This document shows positions 9,541 to 18,982 of a stretch of DNA of 64,000 nucleotides, piece after piece. The position numbers were made by a program, and so were the translations under genes. The stretch's first letter is position 1; every line of letters begins with the position of its first letter. Origin of the DNA: Planctomycetota bacterium (GTDB taxonomy: Bacteria > Planctomycetota > UBA8108 > UBA1146 > JAJFFE01); contig JBCCHQ010000001.1 in assembly GCA_039028735.1 (NCBI GenBank), positions 4,585 to 68,584 of the forward strand, written 5' to 3'. The notes beneath the pieces were generated by a model. It ran no database searches. It saw only the letters and a program-made list of their open reading frames with translations, and was not told where the DNA came from.

Positions 9541-12500
9541 CTAGGGACAGGCACCGTTGTTGGTGCAACCGAGAGGCACTCCAGTCGAATCGATGCCGCA
9601 CTGCGGGAACGGCGGAGGCATCGATCCCCCGCCAAAGAGGAACGTCAACGCAGAGACCGCGTCGGCGATGTCCAAAGAGCCAGAGTCGTTGACGTCGTTG
9701 GCCTCGAGACACCTCGTAACTGACCCGTTGAAGAGATACGTCAAGATCGCGATCGGATCGGCAACGTTGACCGTGCCGTCGATGTTGGCATCACCCCGGA
9801 TGAACAGAGTGCCCAAGGAAACGGTCACCGGCGCAGTCGCTCCACCAACATTCAAGTTCGGACTCATATCACGGGCGAGCGCGATGTACGTACACGTCGC
9901 GCTTCCAGGAAGGCCCGTGTCGACATAGTAAGGACTCTGCTGCCAGCCGCTATCATTGCCTGGGCCGCTGGTGCATTGGAACGAGTACTCGACTGCGCTC
10001 GGGTCCGACGCCGTGACCGCACGCATTTCGAACGAGTTGCCGCCCAACGCTGTCGGCGCCAGATCCCATTGCAACGGGTTTGGCGTGGGTGGGACCACAT
10101 CGGAATCTCCTTGGATGGGTCGCTGTACCCGCCCCGCCGCATACAGACCAAGCACTTCTCCGGGTGCCAAAGCCCGCGACCAAATGGCCACCTCATCGAT
10201 CGCGCCTCCAAAATCGCGATTCCCGAAGCCAGGATCGCGCCCGATCACAAGATCCGTGTCGAACGCTTCGGGCAGGTGAGTGGCACCGCGCACGACCGAC
10301 GTCCCGTTGCGATAGATCGTCGCCTGTGTCGGTTCGATCACGAGCGCGACATGACACCACTCTCCGTCCGGGATCTCCAAACCCGAGTCCCATCCCCATT
10401 GCCCACCGTCCCAGTGATATCGCAATTCATGGTGGCTCCCGAGATTGAGCCCCGTGGTCGTCGATCCCCCACGCCAGAACACGATCCCGTTCGTACCCGT
10501 CTGGGCACCATCCCTGCGCACCCACGCAGAAATCGTCAACGTGTTCGTGTTCAACACGAACGGGTTCGTTTCGACCATGTCGTCGATCCCGTCGAGATCC
10601 ACGCCCCCCGCCACCTGTCCCGCAACGAAAACGGGCCCGTTCATCAAGAGTCCATGGCGCAGTGGCGGTGGCGATTGATCGAGAACTAGCGTGCCGATCG
10701 TGTCCGCAACGTCGAAAGTATAGTGGACGAGCAATCCCTGCTCGTAGCCGTCGCTGCCGGTCGTGAAAGTCCACGGCTCTCCGTCCAGCACGGTACCGTC
10801 CCCCAGGACCGTGTCGACCTGCCACGTGTAGGTCGTTTGCGCCGGCAGCAACGGCATCGGATGCAGTGCATCGGCTCCGTGACGGCCACGGTACTCCGGC
10901 GACGTACGCGTTGCTGCAGCGACCGTCGCCGCGTCGGTCCCAAAGTAGACGTCATGCTGCGCAACGGTGAAACCAGGCGACCACGACAACACCGGGTGCC
11001 GCGGGGCGCTGTTGTCGAGCTGCTGCGGTGCCGGTGCATCGGCAGCTCCTCCGGCCGCTACTTGCGCCACTTGCGCCGCTGTCATCGAGTAAGAATAGAT
11101 GCGCACATCATCGACTGCACCACCAAAGAAGCGCGTACTGTTACTCGAGTCTTGCCCGATCCGCAGCGTGCCGTCGAAGGCTTCCACAGCATGAGCCGTC
11201 GAGTTCATCGCCACCTGCATCGGCGCTCCCGGTCCCGGCTGCATGTAGATGCGGCCGGCGTTCGGCGTCACAACGAGAGCAACGAACGTCCACTGTGCAT
11301 CGGGGAGCGCCAACCCCGAGTTCCAGGACCACTGCCCACCGTCCCAGTGATAACGCAGTTCATTGCCTGTACCGAGATTCAGACCTGCCACCGTCGACCC
11401 ACCACGACAGAATACGAGACCGGCCCACTGGTTCTGCGGACCTGACCGCCGTACCCACGCAGTGATGGTGACACGGTTGGTATTCAAGTTCGGCGCCGAC
11501 ACCTCCACGACATCGTCGACACCGTCGAGTTGCAGACCGCCACCGTAGACAGCGGCGACGCTGTCCGTTGCAAAGTCCACGCCACCTACCAAGGTGCCTG
11601 GTCCGCTGGCGACCGTCTCGTTTGCAGCGATACTGCCTGTAGTCTCATCGAGGCGCCAATGACCTGCGAGCTGTTGCCGCTGCACGTTCACGGCCACGCG
11701 CGCGGTGCTCATCAACACGCCGTCGCTGATCGTGTAGTCAAAGGAGTCGTTGCCAGCGAACCCAGTCGTGGGAGGCGTATAGATCACCTGATCGAAACCA
11801 CCAGTGCCGGTACCCGCAGAGATAACGACAGTCCCTCCCTTGGCGGATGTTGCATCGACAGCAGATACCAGAATCGGATCGCAGTTGCCGTCATGATCGT
11901 TGTCGAGTACGTCGATCGCAAATCCCACACCGCTGACGATCTGCATCTCATCGAGAAACAGCTCGTCCAACTTCGCAAAAGGCGGCAGCGCCGTTGGGTG
12001 CGCAGGCAGACTGTCCAGGCAAGTGCGCGACGCCATGTGCGCACGCTTCACATCCAGCGTACGCGGACCGATGCTGAGACATGCGCCGCACATGTTGTTG
12101 CACGGCGAGGTGTCCAAGCAATGCCCAGCCCCCCAGTTGTGGCCGACTTCGTGACCGATGATACCCGCCGAGTCGAGGCTCCAGCCGTACATCGAATTCG
12201 TACAAACGACCCCAACCCAGGCCAAGCCGCCATATCCAGATAGGTTGGACTTGTTCGTCATCAAGTGGCCAACGTCCCGCGTGATCGCCGTCTGGTTCGC
12301 ATTCCATTCGGCGCGGAACTGATTCAACAAATCGCCGCCACTGATGTCTGAGTAGAACGCAACGCTGCGGACAACAACACCTGTTAGAAGGTACGTGACC
12401 ATCAAGTCGCGGTTGTAGTAGAAGTCCACATCGTTGAGCAGCGCCTCCACGCGATCGGTCGTCTGCAGCACGGTGCCGCCTTGTTGCGTGAAGTATTCGA

Positions 12501-13098
12501 AGTCGCAGTCGAAAGCGATCTCGCAGCGCGTCATGCCGCACAGGTTTGGCGCGACGCCGCCGAACGGCTGCGCACCCGATCCCTGCACTGCGTTCGTCGT
12601 CGCCGCCGCGACCCCGCACTGAAACTGAACTCGACCGGGCGTGAAGACCACGTGCTGCCCGCGTGGTGCTGTGGCGATGAAACGGCGCGCTGGCTCGATC
12701 CGCACCGTCGCCACGGAATCTGCGTGCACTGCCGCCCGCAGGCCATGATCACTGAAACTCGCAACGACCACAGCGTCCGGCAGGTGCGTGACGATTCCGC
12801 GATACGTGCGCGGCGCCGGCAGCGGCATCGCGACAGTCTGGCCCCCCGCCCCGTATACGGATGCCTGCAGCCCCGCAGCTCGCATCGAATAGCGAGTCAA
12901 CTGTAGCTCGTAGGCGCTGCCACGCATCGGCACCGAGACTCTGACCTTGTCTGCTTCAGCAGGAAGCTGCAACTGCACTGTTTGGTAACTGCGTGTGCCC
13001 CACTCCGTTTCGAGACCATCGGCAATCGGGTCAGCCGCACGGACGTGCGATGCGACGAGCAGAAGACTGAGAAGAAACAGTAGGCGGAGACAGGTCAC
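9541..13098 (-). CDS. Large secreted multidomain metzincin metalloprotease with two LamG (concanavalin-like) domains and a C-terminal Cys-containing dockerin-like module
   Basis: The track starts at TTG 13152; GTG 13098 with a GAGGAAG RBS is preferred. There is a signal peptide. HEVGHNWGAGHC is the HExxHxxGxxH zinc site. A cadherin/Big-like segment is present. The two LamG_3 repeats each end in ...GGAIDxV.IY/W...A..V. The tail is RGDANIDGTVN...ACP-stop. Confidence 0.8.
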   Translation of the reverse strand: MTCLRLLFLLSLLLVASHVRAADPIADGLETEWGTRSYQTVQLQLPAEADKVRVSVPMRGSAYELQLTRYSMRAAGLQASVYGAGGQTVAMPLPAPRTYRGIVTHLPDAVVVASFSDHGLRAAVHADSVATVRIEPARRFIATAPRGQHVVFTPGRVQFQCGVAAATTNAVQGSGAQPFGGVAPNLCGMTRCEIAFDCDFEYFTQQGGTVLQTTDRVEALLNDVDFYYNRDLMVTYLLTGVVVRSVAFYSDISGGDLLNQFRAEWNANQTAITRDVGHLMTNKSNLSGYGGLAWVGVVCTNSMYGWSLDSAGIIGHEVGHNWGAGHCLDTSPCNNMCGACLSIGPRTLDVKRAHMASRTCLDSLPAHPTALPPFAKLDELFLDEMQIVSGVGFAIDVLDNDHDGNCDPILVSAVDATSAKGGTVVISAGTGTGGFDQVIYTPPTTGFAGNDSFDYTISDGVLMSTARVAVNVQRQQLAGHWRLDETTGSIAANETVASGPGTLVGGVDFATDSVAAVYGGGLQLDGVDDVVEVSAPNLNTNRVTITAWVRRSGPQNQWAGLVFCRGGSTVAGLNLGTGNELRYHWDGGQWSWNSGLALPDAQWTFVALVVTPNAGRIYMQPGPGAPMQVAMNSTAHAVEAFDGTLRIGQDSSNSTRFFGGAVDDVRIYSYSMTAAQVAQVAAGGAADAPAPQQLDNSAPRHPVLSWSPGFTVAQHDVYFGTDAATVAAATRTSPEYRGRHGADALHPMPLLPAQTTYTWQVDTVLGDGTVLDGEPWTFTTGSDGYEQGLLVHYTFDVADTIGTLVLDQSPPPLRHGLLMNGPVFVAGQVAGGVDLDGIDDMVETNPFVLNTNTLTISAWVRRDGAQTGTNGIVFWRGGSTTTGLNLGSHHELRYHWDGGQWGWDSGLEIPDGEWCHVALVIEPTQATIYRNGTSVVRGATHLPEAFDTDLVIGRDPGFGNRDFGGAIDEVAIWSRALAPGEVLGLYAAGRVQRPIQGDSDVVPPTPNPLQWDLAPTALGGNSFEMRAVTASDPSAVEYSFQCTSGPGNDSGWQQSPYYVDTGLPGSATCTYIALARDMSPNLNVGGATAPVTVSLGTLFIRGDANIDGTVNVADPIAILTYLFNGSVTRCLEANDVNDSGSLDIADAVSALTFLFGGGSMPPPFPQCGIDSTGVPLGCTNNGACP

Positions 13099-13265
13099 AG
13101 GGACTTCCTCTCGAGTTGTAGGCAATGCAGAAAGAGCCTCGAGTGCATGCAATCAGGTAGTGAACCGACAGCGGCGGCGCGAACGCCAGCGAACGGCTGC
13201 GCAAGCACTGGCACCATGATAGCGCGCATTGGCACAGCCACCAGGTTGGATCGACGATCGAACCC

Positions 13266-16166
13266 CTAGAATCTCTCGCGCTGCACTTTGGTCTCCCAGG
13301 TCGGCACCATGGGCAGTTCTTCGGCGATCAGCGACAGGATGGCCATGGCCGTCGAGTACGATTCGGTACGCGGAAAGACTCGATCGTTCCAGCCGCCGTG
13401 CGGCTCGATGGTGCGCCAAAGTAGGTCGCGCATTCGCTCCCGATAGCGCGGTCGCTCCACTTCCGGGAGGTGCTCGACAGCGATCGCGGCGTAGGCGTGA
13501 CCATAGAAGAAATAGTAAGGCGCCACGCCATACGGCTTCTCGTGAGTGCCCTGCTGGCTCTTGCGCTTCAACAGTTCTTTCCAGTTGTTCTCGTCGAAGA
13601 AGCCATCGATGGCAGTACGCAGCCGTTCGACGCTACTACGGCCTGCGCGTAGCAGCACAAGTTCAGCGATTGCAGACCGGGCCGACGCACCGGCCATCGG
13701 CTCGTCGGGATTGCGCAACCGCCCGGCATACGCATAGGCCGCGCCCTCGCCACGCCCTGTTTCCAAGCGGTCGAGCGCCTTCTCGACCATCGCAGCATCG
13801 ACGTCATATCCAGCAGCCTCCGCGCGGAACAGCGCGATCAACGTCGAGCCGGTCATGAACGGGCTGAAGGTGCGTGCTGCATAGTTCCAACCACCGCCTC
13901 GCACTTGCCCCAGCTTCAGGCATTCGATCACGTGCGGAATTGCCGTGTCGACACGACCAAACAAAGTCGAGTCTCTCAGCAGCCCACTTTCGAGCGCACG
14001 CACAAAGAAGCTCAGAGCATAAGTGTGCCCCCAATAACGGACGTCGTAGTTGCGTTGTGGCTGCGCGGCCATCCCTGGATCTTCGGCGATCGCATCGAGC
14101 ATGAAAGCCGTCGCGCGCAACAGGGCCCGCCGGCGCGCCGCATCGAGACCGGGCGCCTCCAGCAACGCTTCTGCAACGATCGCCGTACCGCCGACACGGT
14201 AACCAACCGGGATGCGTCCGTCGGGACGTACTCGGTAGACGCCTTCGTACGGCCACTCGGCAGCGCCTTCCGAAGCTGTGCGAATCTTGCTCAAACGCTC
14301 GCGCTCTCGCTCCTGCCATCCCTCGAGCTTGGCATCGGGCAGCCGACCGATCGCTGGATCTGGTTTGTAACTCTCCTGGTTCTGCAAAAGGAGCTTGCAC
14401 GCCTGTTGCACCGCAGCGGCGACATTGGGAGTCTTCGCATCGTCCGTTTCGGCGTTCGCGTCGACCTTCGAAGCCGCCGCCGTCGACGCACTTTGACCAC
14501 GCACGTGGGCACCGACTGACGATGACGGGGCCGCCCCCGCCTTGCGGTACAACACGACATACGCCTCGGTGCGATGGAACGGCGCCCAGGTCTTGCCACG
14601 CCCTTCGTTCACGTACGGCGCCAGCGTATAGCCGACATGCAGGCGGCGGTCGTCACCGACCAGGGCCGAAGCATCGACGACCCATGGGCGCACGAGATCA
14701 CCCGGAGCCCAGCCCGCACGATCGTACTTCCACGTGCCCCCCTGGGGCCTGCACGGGTTCAGGTAGTTGTCCGTCTTCCAAAGGTTGTTCGTGAAGGTCG
14801 TCCCGTTGATCGTCAGCGTACGCTCGATCGGCATGAACTCGGCTGCGTTGTTGGTGTTGGGATGCATACCGTGTCCGGTGACCACCGATCGGACTTCGGC
14901 CGCTACCGTGTCCGCCCCCAGCTCTACAACGCGCGGGACATAGAAGTCGGACACGGGCTTGTCAGGGTTACCGATCTCAGGACGACCCGACCATAGGCGT
15001 ACCACGTCGTACGCCAGCCGTTTCGACTTCCCGGGGTAGAAGTCGAACGCTACCGTAACGATCCATCCTTCTCCCTGAGTGCCACAGGTCTGTTCGATGC
15101 GTCGCTGACCTTGCAGCAGTGACCGAAACGCCGTGACATCTGCCTTCCAAACGCCCCCTTTGTGATACGGCGTGATGTACCGGACAAGCTCATACTTCTC
15201 ATCACCGTCGAACACATTGATGTAGGCGGCCCGATCCCACGGATCGAAGCGGGTATCGGGCTTGTCGAGGCGCAGCGTCATGATGATGCGCGCGTAGTCG
15301 CTGTTGTCTTCGGGGAATTCGACGACAGACTCGTTCTTTGGATGGTCTTTGTCGTTGATCTTGCGATTGATTGCGACAATGGACAACGGGGCCGGCGGCG
15401 CCGCGGAAAAGCCGCTGAGGCGAGCGCGAAAGTCGTCGACGAATACGTCACCTGCTGTCTCAGAGTTGCGGGCACCAAACCCAGGTCGGCCGACGAACGC
15501 TGTCATTTCCGGAATGAAGTAGCCGTCGTACAACGCATCCCCGTCTATCGAGACATCGACGAGGGCGCCGCCTGTCACGAAGCGAATGCGCGCCTTGACA
15601 GCGTGTGGCTTCTCGTCGCGAAACTCCTTCGGTGTCGTCATCTTGTGAATCTCGGTGCCGTTCCAGTGCAGCGAAAGTTCGTGCTGCGGGCGATCGTAGG
15701 CATTGCCGGAGCCCCGGAACGGGTCACGATTCGGCGGGTTCGATGCATCGAAACCGATGCCGAACGCGCGCGCGACACTGGGCGCCTCCCACTGTTCCAC
15801 TGTGGGTGCCGCTCCGTCGCTACCGTACTCAGCCGTATCGAGCCAAACGAATCCAGCTCCCTCGGTGCCGGTATTCATCGACAGTGTCCACTCCAGCTCG
15901 ATCGTCTCGAAGTAAGCACTCGACGGGGCTGCGAAACCAACCGAAGCGTCCGACTTCCACCACGACGCCAGTAGATACAGCTGCCCGCGCTGCAGTTTCG
16001 CGCCGCCCTTGCGCTTCTTGGCTTCACCAGTGACGGTCGCGACGAACTGCGACGCGGCTTCCGGGTCGTCGAAGTTGCACCTGTAGTCGACTGCGTCCGC
16101 GGCCACGACCAGAGACTGGGTCGCAACACAGCAGAGAAGGCAGATCAGTAGGACGGGTCTGTTCAT
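13266..16166 (-). CDS. Secreted fusion protein: lectin-like N-terminal region + PNGase F-like (peptide-N4-glycosidase F) domain + C-terminal prenyltransferase/terpene-cyclase-like alpha/alpha-toroid repeats
   Basis: ATG start and a signal peptide. DRAAYINVFDG..YELVRYITPYHKGG...FRSLLQG...VAFDFY and NPCRPQGGTWKYDRAGWAPGDLVRPW match PNGase F core motifs (from memory of the Elizabethkingia enzyme). The C-terminal repeats GGWNYAARTF, GGWNDRVFP, RYWGHTYALSF resemble QW/prenyltransferase toroid repeats. Confidence 0.7.
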   Translation of the reverse strand: MNRPVLLICLLCCVATQSLVVAADAVDYRCNFDDPEAASQFVATVTGEAKKRKGGAKLQRGQLYLLASWWKSDASVGFAAPSSAYFETIELEWTLSMNTGTEGAGFVWLDTAEYGSDGAAPTVEQWEAPSVARAFGIGFDASNPPNRDPFRGSGNAYDRPQHELSLHWNGTEIHKMTTPKEFRDEKPHAVKARIRFVTGGALVDVSIDGDALYDGYFIPEMTAFVGRPGFGARNSETAGDVFVDDFRARLSGFSAAPPAPLSIVAINRKINDKDHPKNESVVEFPEDNSDYARIIMTLRLDKPDTRFDPWDRAAYINVFDGDEKYELVRYITPYHKGGVWKADVTAFRSLLQGQRRIEQTCGTQGEGWIVTVAFDFYPGKSKRLAYDVVRLWSGRPEIGNPDKPVSDFYVPRVVELGADTVAAEVRSVVTGHGMHPNTNNAAEFMPIERTLTINGTTFTNNLWKTDNYLNPCRPQGGTWKYDRAGWAPGDLVRPWVVDASALVGDDRRLHVGYTLAPYVNEGRGKTWAPFHRTEAYVVLYRKAGAAPSSSVGAHVRGQSASTAAASKVDANAETDDAKTPNVAAAVQQACKLLLQNQESYKPDPAIGRLPDAKLEGWQERERERLSKIRTASEGAAEWPYEGVYRVRPDGRIPVGYRVGGTAIVAEALLEAPGLDAARRRALLRATAFMLDAIAEDPGMAAQPQRNYDVRYWGHTYALSFFVRALESGLLRDSTLFGRVDTAIPHVIECLKLGQVRGGGWNYAARTFSPFMTGSTLIALFRAEAAGYDVDAAMVEKALDRLETGRGEGAAYAYAGRLRNPDEPMAGASARSAIAELVLLRAGRSSVERLRTAIDGFFDENNWKELLKRKSQQGTHEKPYGVAPYYFFYGHAYAAIAVEHLPEVERPRYRERMRDLLWRTIEPHGGWNDRVFPRTESYSTAMAILSLIAEELPMVPTWETKVQRERF

Positions 16167-16342
16167 CGGGGCTTGCCGTTCTAAATGGGAGTTTATTGTG
16201 CCTCAGGTGATACCCGACGAATCGATCCGGCGCTACCCCGCCCGCCAATCAGAGGCCTACTGCAGCCTCAGCGAGGCCTCCATGGACGCCTGACGGCAAG
16301 CACGGCAAAATAGCGTCCTCGAACAACCATCAGGAGAGAACG

Positions 16343-17059
16343 ATGCGCACTGCCCCCCGATTCCTACTGGCCGTTACTCTATTCGCAACGACTTCGTGCT
16401 CGTTGTGGCAGCCAATCGCTGACAGCGAATGGCGAACGGAAGTACCCGACGGCATCAACGACCGGTTCCTCGACCCTGCCCTGGACCCCGACGAGTGGTT
16501 GAATCGGTGGGAGGTCGAGAGTCGCGAGATCTACACTTCACGCCACGCAATACTTGCAGCAGTGGGGCTCAAGGCTGGCGATCGCGTTGCAGACATCGGC
16601 GCGGGTACCGGCTTGTTCGTCGCGCCGTTCGCACAATCGGTCAGTGCCGCTGGCAAAGTCTACGCCCTGGAGATTTCGCCGGGGTTCGTAAGTCACCTGC
16701 GCGATCGAGTGGCACGTGAGCAGCTAGCGAATGTCGAGGTCATCCTGTCTCAGGAAGCTTCGACAACGCTACCGCCGGCATCGGTCGACGTCGTCTTCCT
16801 CTGCGACACCTACCACCACTTCGAGCATTACCGGAAGATGCTCGCGTCGATCCGGCAGACTCTGCGGCCGGGAGGGCAAGTTGTTGTTATCGACTTCGAG
16901 CGCATTCCCGGCGTATCGCGCGAGTGGATCCTCGGCCACGTACGCGCCGGCAAGCCCCAAGTCATCGACGAGTTCACCGCCGCAGGCTTCGTACTAACCG
17001 CTGAGATCTCGGTGGCTGGACTCGAAGAGAATTACTGCCTGCGCTTCACCCGGCCTTGA
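16343..17059 (+). CDS. Class I SAM-dependent methyltransferase with an N-terminal signal/lipoprotein-like peptide
   Basis: ATG with an AGGAGAG RBS. Motif I is VADIGAGTGLFVAP. It is 238 aa. Confidence 0.75.
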   Translation: MRTAPRFLLAVTLFATTSCSLWQPIADSEWRTEVPDGINDRFLDPALDPDEWLNRWEVESREIYTSRHAILAAVGLKAGDRVADIGAGTGLFVAPFAQSVSAAGKVYALEISPGFVSHLRDRVAREQLANVEVILSQEASTTLPPASVDVVFLCDTYHHFEHYRKMLASIRQTLRPGGQVVVIDFERIPGVSREWILGHVRAGKPQVIDEFTAAGFVLTAEISVAGLEENYCLRFTRP

Positions 17060-17130
17060 GCTCCACACATTCGCGGCCAAGGGCAAAAAAAGCACTGCGC
17101 TCGCGGTGCCGATCGACCGATACAGTCGAT

Positions 17131-17622
17131 ATGGAGATCCTTCTCGGAACAGCATTAGGCATACCTGTCGCGTGGTTCTTCTACTGGCGCAGTCAGCGCT
17201 GGAGTGACCATAACTTGCGGCAGCACCAACAGCAGCTCGAAGAGCAGCAAGCCGAACGCGAACGCGTTGCGGAGGCGCGCCATCGCGAGCTGCAACGACT
17301 CCTCGCCGAGAAGGACGAGCTGGCCAAGAAGTCCCGGAGTCGAGGCGTGCCGCAAAGACTCCTGGCAGAAAACGTCCCGCCGACCCCACTTCCCACAGCA
17401 GTGGTCGAAGCGCCGCTGCCCATGGCCACGCCGGAACTGCTACCCCTTGGAACGTCGCACAGCCAGCCGTCGCCGTACCCATCGTGTCCAAGTTGTGCAG
17501 AGAAGAGTTGGAACGGCCTCTGCTGCCTCGCCTGCGGCCACACAAATGATGACCTCACGCTGACCAACTCCTTCGGACGGAGCTTACTACAGCTGCGCGC
17601 CGCACGCCGCGCCAGCGCGTAG
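17131..17622 (+). CDS. Hypothetical membrane protein with a coiled-coil region and a C-terminal Cys-rich zinc-ribbon-like motif
   Basis: The internal ATG at 17131 is preferred over the track TTG 17056. One TM segment is present (ILLGTALGIPVAWFFYW). There is a Gln/Glu-rich coiled coil. The Cys motif is CPSC...CCLACGH. Confidence 0.45.
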   Translation: MEILLGTALGIPVAWFFYWRSQRWSDHNLRQHQQQLEEQQAERERVAEARHRELQRLLAEKDELAKKSRSRGVPQRLLAENVPPTPLPTAVVEAPLPMATPELLPLGTSHSQPSPYPSCPSCAEKSWNGLCCLACGHTNDDLTLTNSFGRSLLQLRAARRASA

Positions 17623-17660
17623 GGATGCACGTCGACAGCTACCCGCACCAGCGGTGACGT

Positions 17661-18335
17661 TCAGCGTAGAGACACCTGTTCCTTCGGCCCCAAGAACTTC
17701 GGTCGCGTCCCCAACACGTTGACGTCTAGCCATGCCTTGGCGCGCGCGAGGACTTCCCGCAATCTCACTCTCACTCGATAGATCCCTATCGCATCCGTCG
17801 CCACACAACCGACCGCGTCGATGCCGTGCGACTGAGCGAGATAGACAGCCCTTTCGGCGTGGAACTTCTGCGTGACGACGACGAATCCGTTTTGTCCAAA
17901 CACTTCGCGCGCGCGCACAACGGAATCGAGTGTCCGAAAGCCGGCGTAGTCCAGCGTGATGCAGTCCTCGGGCACGCCCGCTTTGATCAAATCCTGACGC
18001 ATGTCTTCCGGTTCGTTGTATTCGACGCGAGAGTTGTCGCCAGAGACCAACAACCCACGCACTTTCCCCGCATGGAACAACTCAGCGGCGGTGCGCACGC
18101 GCTCGCGGTAGTAGACGTTCAACTTCCCGGACCGCAGGTGTTTCGTCGTGCCCAGCACGACGCCGACACTACGCTCGGGAACCGAAGATACTTCCGTGTG
18201 GATGCGTTCGTGGGCTGCCCGGGTCACGTTGTGATCAATGAGCACCAATGCCAGGGCGGCAACGAAGGAAAGGATGGCAGCACAGATCAATACCCGACGC
18301 AGCCGCGGCCAGCGGCAAAGCAATAGTAGAGGCAC
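17661..18335 (-). CDS. SanA/YdcF-like (DUF218) membrane-anchored protein
   Basis: It has an N-terminal TM segment. The DUF218 core is VVLGTTKHL...LLVSGDN...GFRTLDS...VVVTQKFHAERA. Confidence 0.7.
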   Translation of the reverse strand: MPLLLLCRWPRLRRVLICAAILSFVAALALVLIDHNVTRAAHERIHTEVSSVPERSVGVVLGTTKHLRSGKLNVYYRERVRTAAELFHAGKVRGLLVSGDNSRVEYNEPEDMRQDLIKAGVPEDCITLDYAGFRTLDSVVRAREVFGQNGFVVVTQKFHAERAVYLAQSHGIDAVGCVATDAIGIYRVRVRLREVLARAKAWLDVNVLGTRPKFLGPKEQVSLR

Positions 18336-18503
18336 TTTGTCGACTCTCGTCCGGGCGGCGTACCCTGCACTCTACCCAAGTCGGTCGGGCATCTCCATGG
18401 CCTAAAACAAGTGCACTTCTTGCGCAACGCTGCGGCGAATGTCCAGAAAGGAGACGCTGCATGGCGGCACCGCAGCGCTGCTACGAGTCCACAACGCCCG
18501 TTT

Positions 18504-18788
18504 CTATCGTGGCACGAAGTACTCACCCTGCGGCGTTCCCGCCAGCAGCAACATGGCTTGCGCCATCACGTCCGGCGGAATGTTCTGGAGCGACGCCTTG
18601 TGCGACTCCACCGAGTCCCAGACTTCGACGGCGACGATCCGCGTGGGGTCGTCCTGCCCTTGGAGGAGTTGGCACGACACGCAACCCGCGGATCCTTCGA
18701 TGGCAGGCAGGAACTGGTTGATCAAGTTGCAAAGGGCCGTCTCTTGGCCAGGTTGCGCCCGAAACTCGCTGATCCTCGTAACTGTCAT
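18504..18788 (-). CDS. Antibiotic-biosynthesis-monooxygenase (ABM) domain protein
   Basis: ATG with a GAGGAGG RBS. It is 94 aa with an ABM-like ferredoxin-fold pattern (RISEFRAQPG...VAVEVWDSVESHKA). Confidence 0.6.
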   Translation of the reverse strand: MTVTRISEFRAQPGQETALCNLINQFLPAIEGSAGCVSCQLLQGQDDPTRIVAVEVWDSVESHKASLQNIPPDVMAQAMLLLAGTPQGEYFVPR

Positions 18789-18982
18789 GCATCGCCTCCT
18801 CGGTCGGCCGGTGTTGAGCCGGCGACGTTACCACGGCGCGCCACCCAGCGCGACGTCGCTCGTTTGCCCAACCGGGCTGGGCACCACTAGATCCGCGGCG
18901 CCGCCCGTGCGAAACTTTTCTTGCGATTCTGCGCATCACTCCCCAGTTCGGCGGGCATTCAGGGGTAGAAGGGAGCCTAACC

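Noticed and set aside
9544-9801. The RGD tripeptide at the start of each dockerin-like tail was considered as an integrin-binding motif.
   Set aside because: It is part of the conserved first Ca-binding loop (R-G-D-C-x-G-D-G). There is no reason to infer eukaryotic integrin binding.
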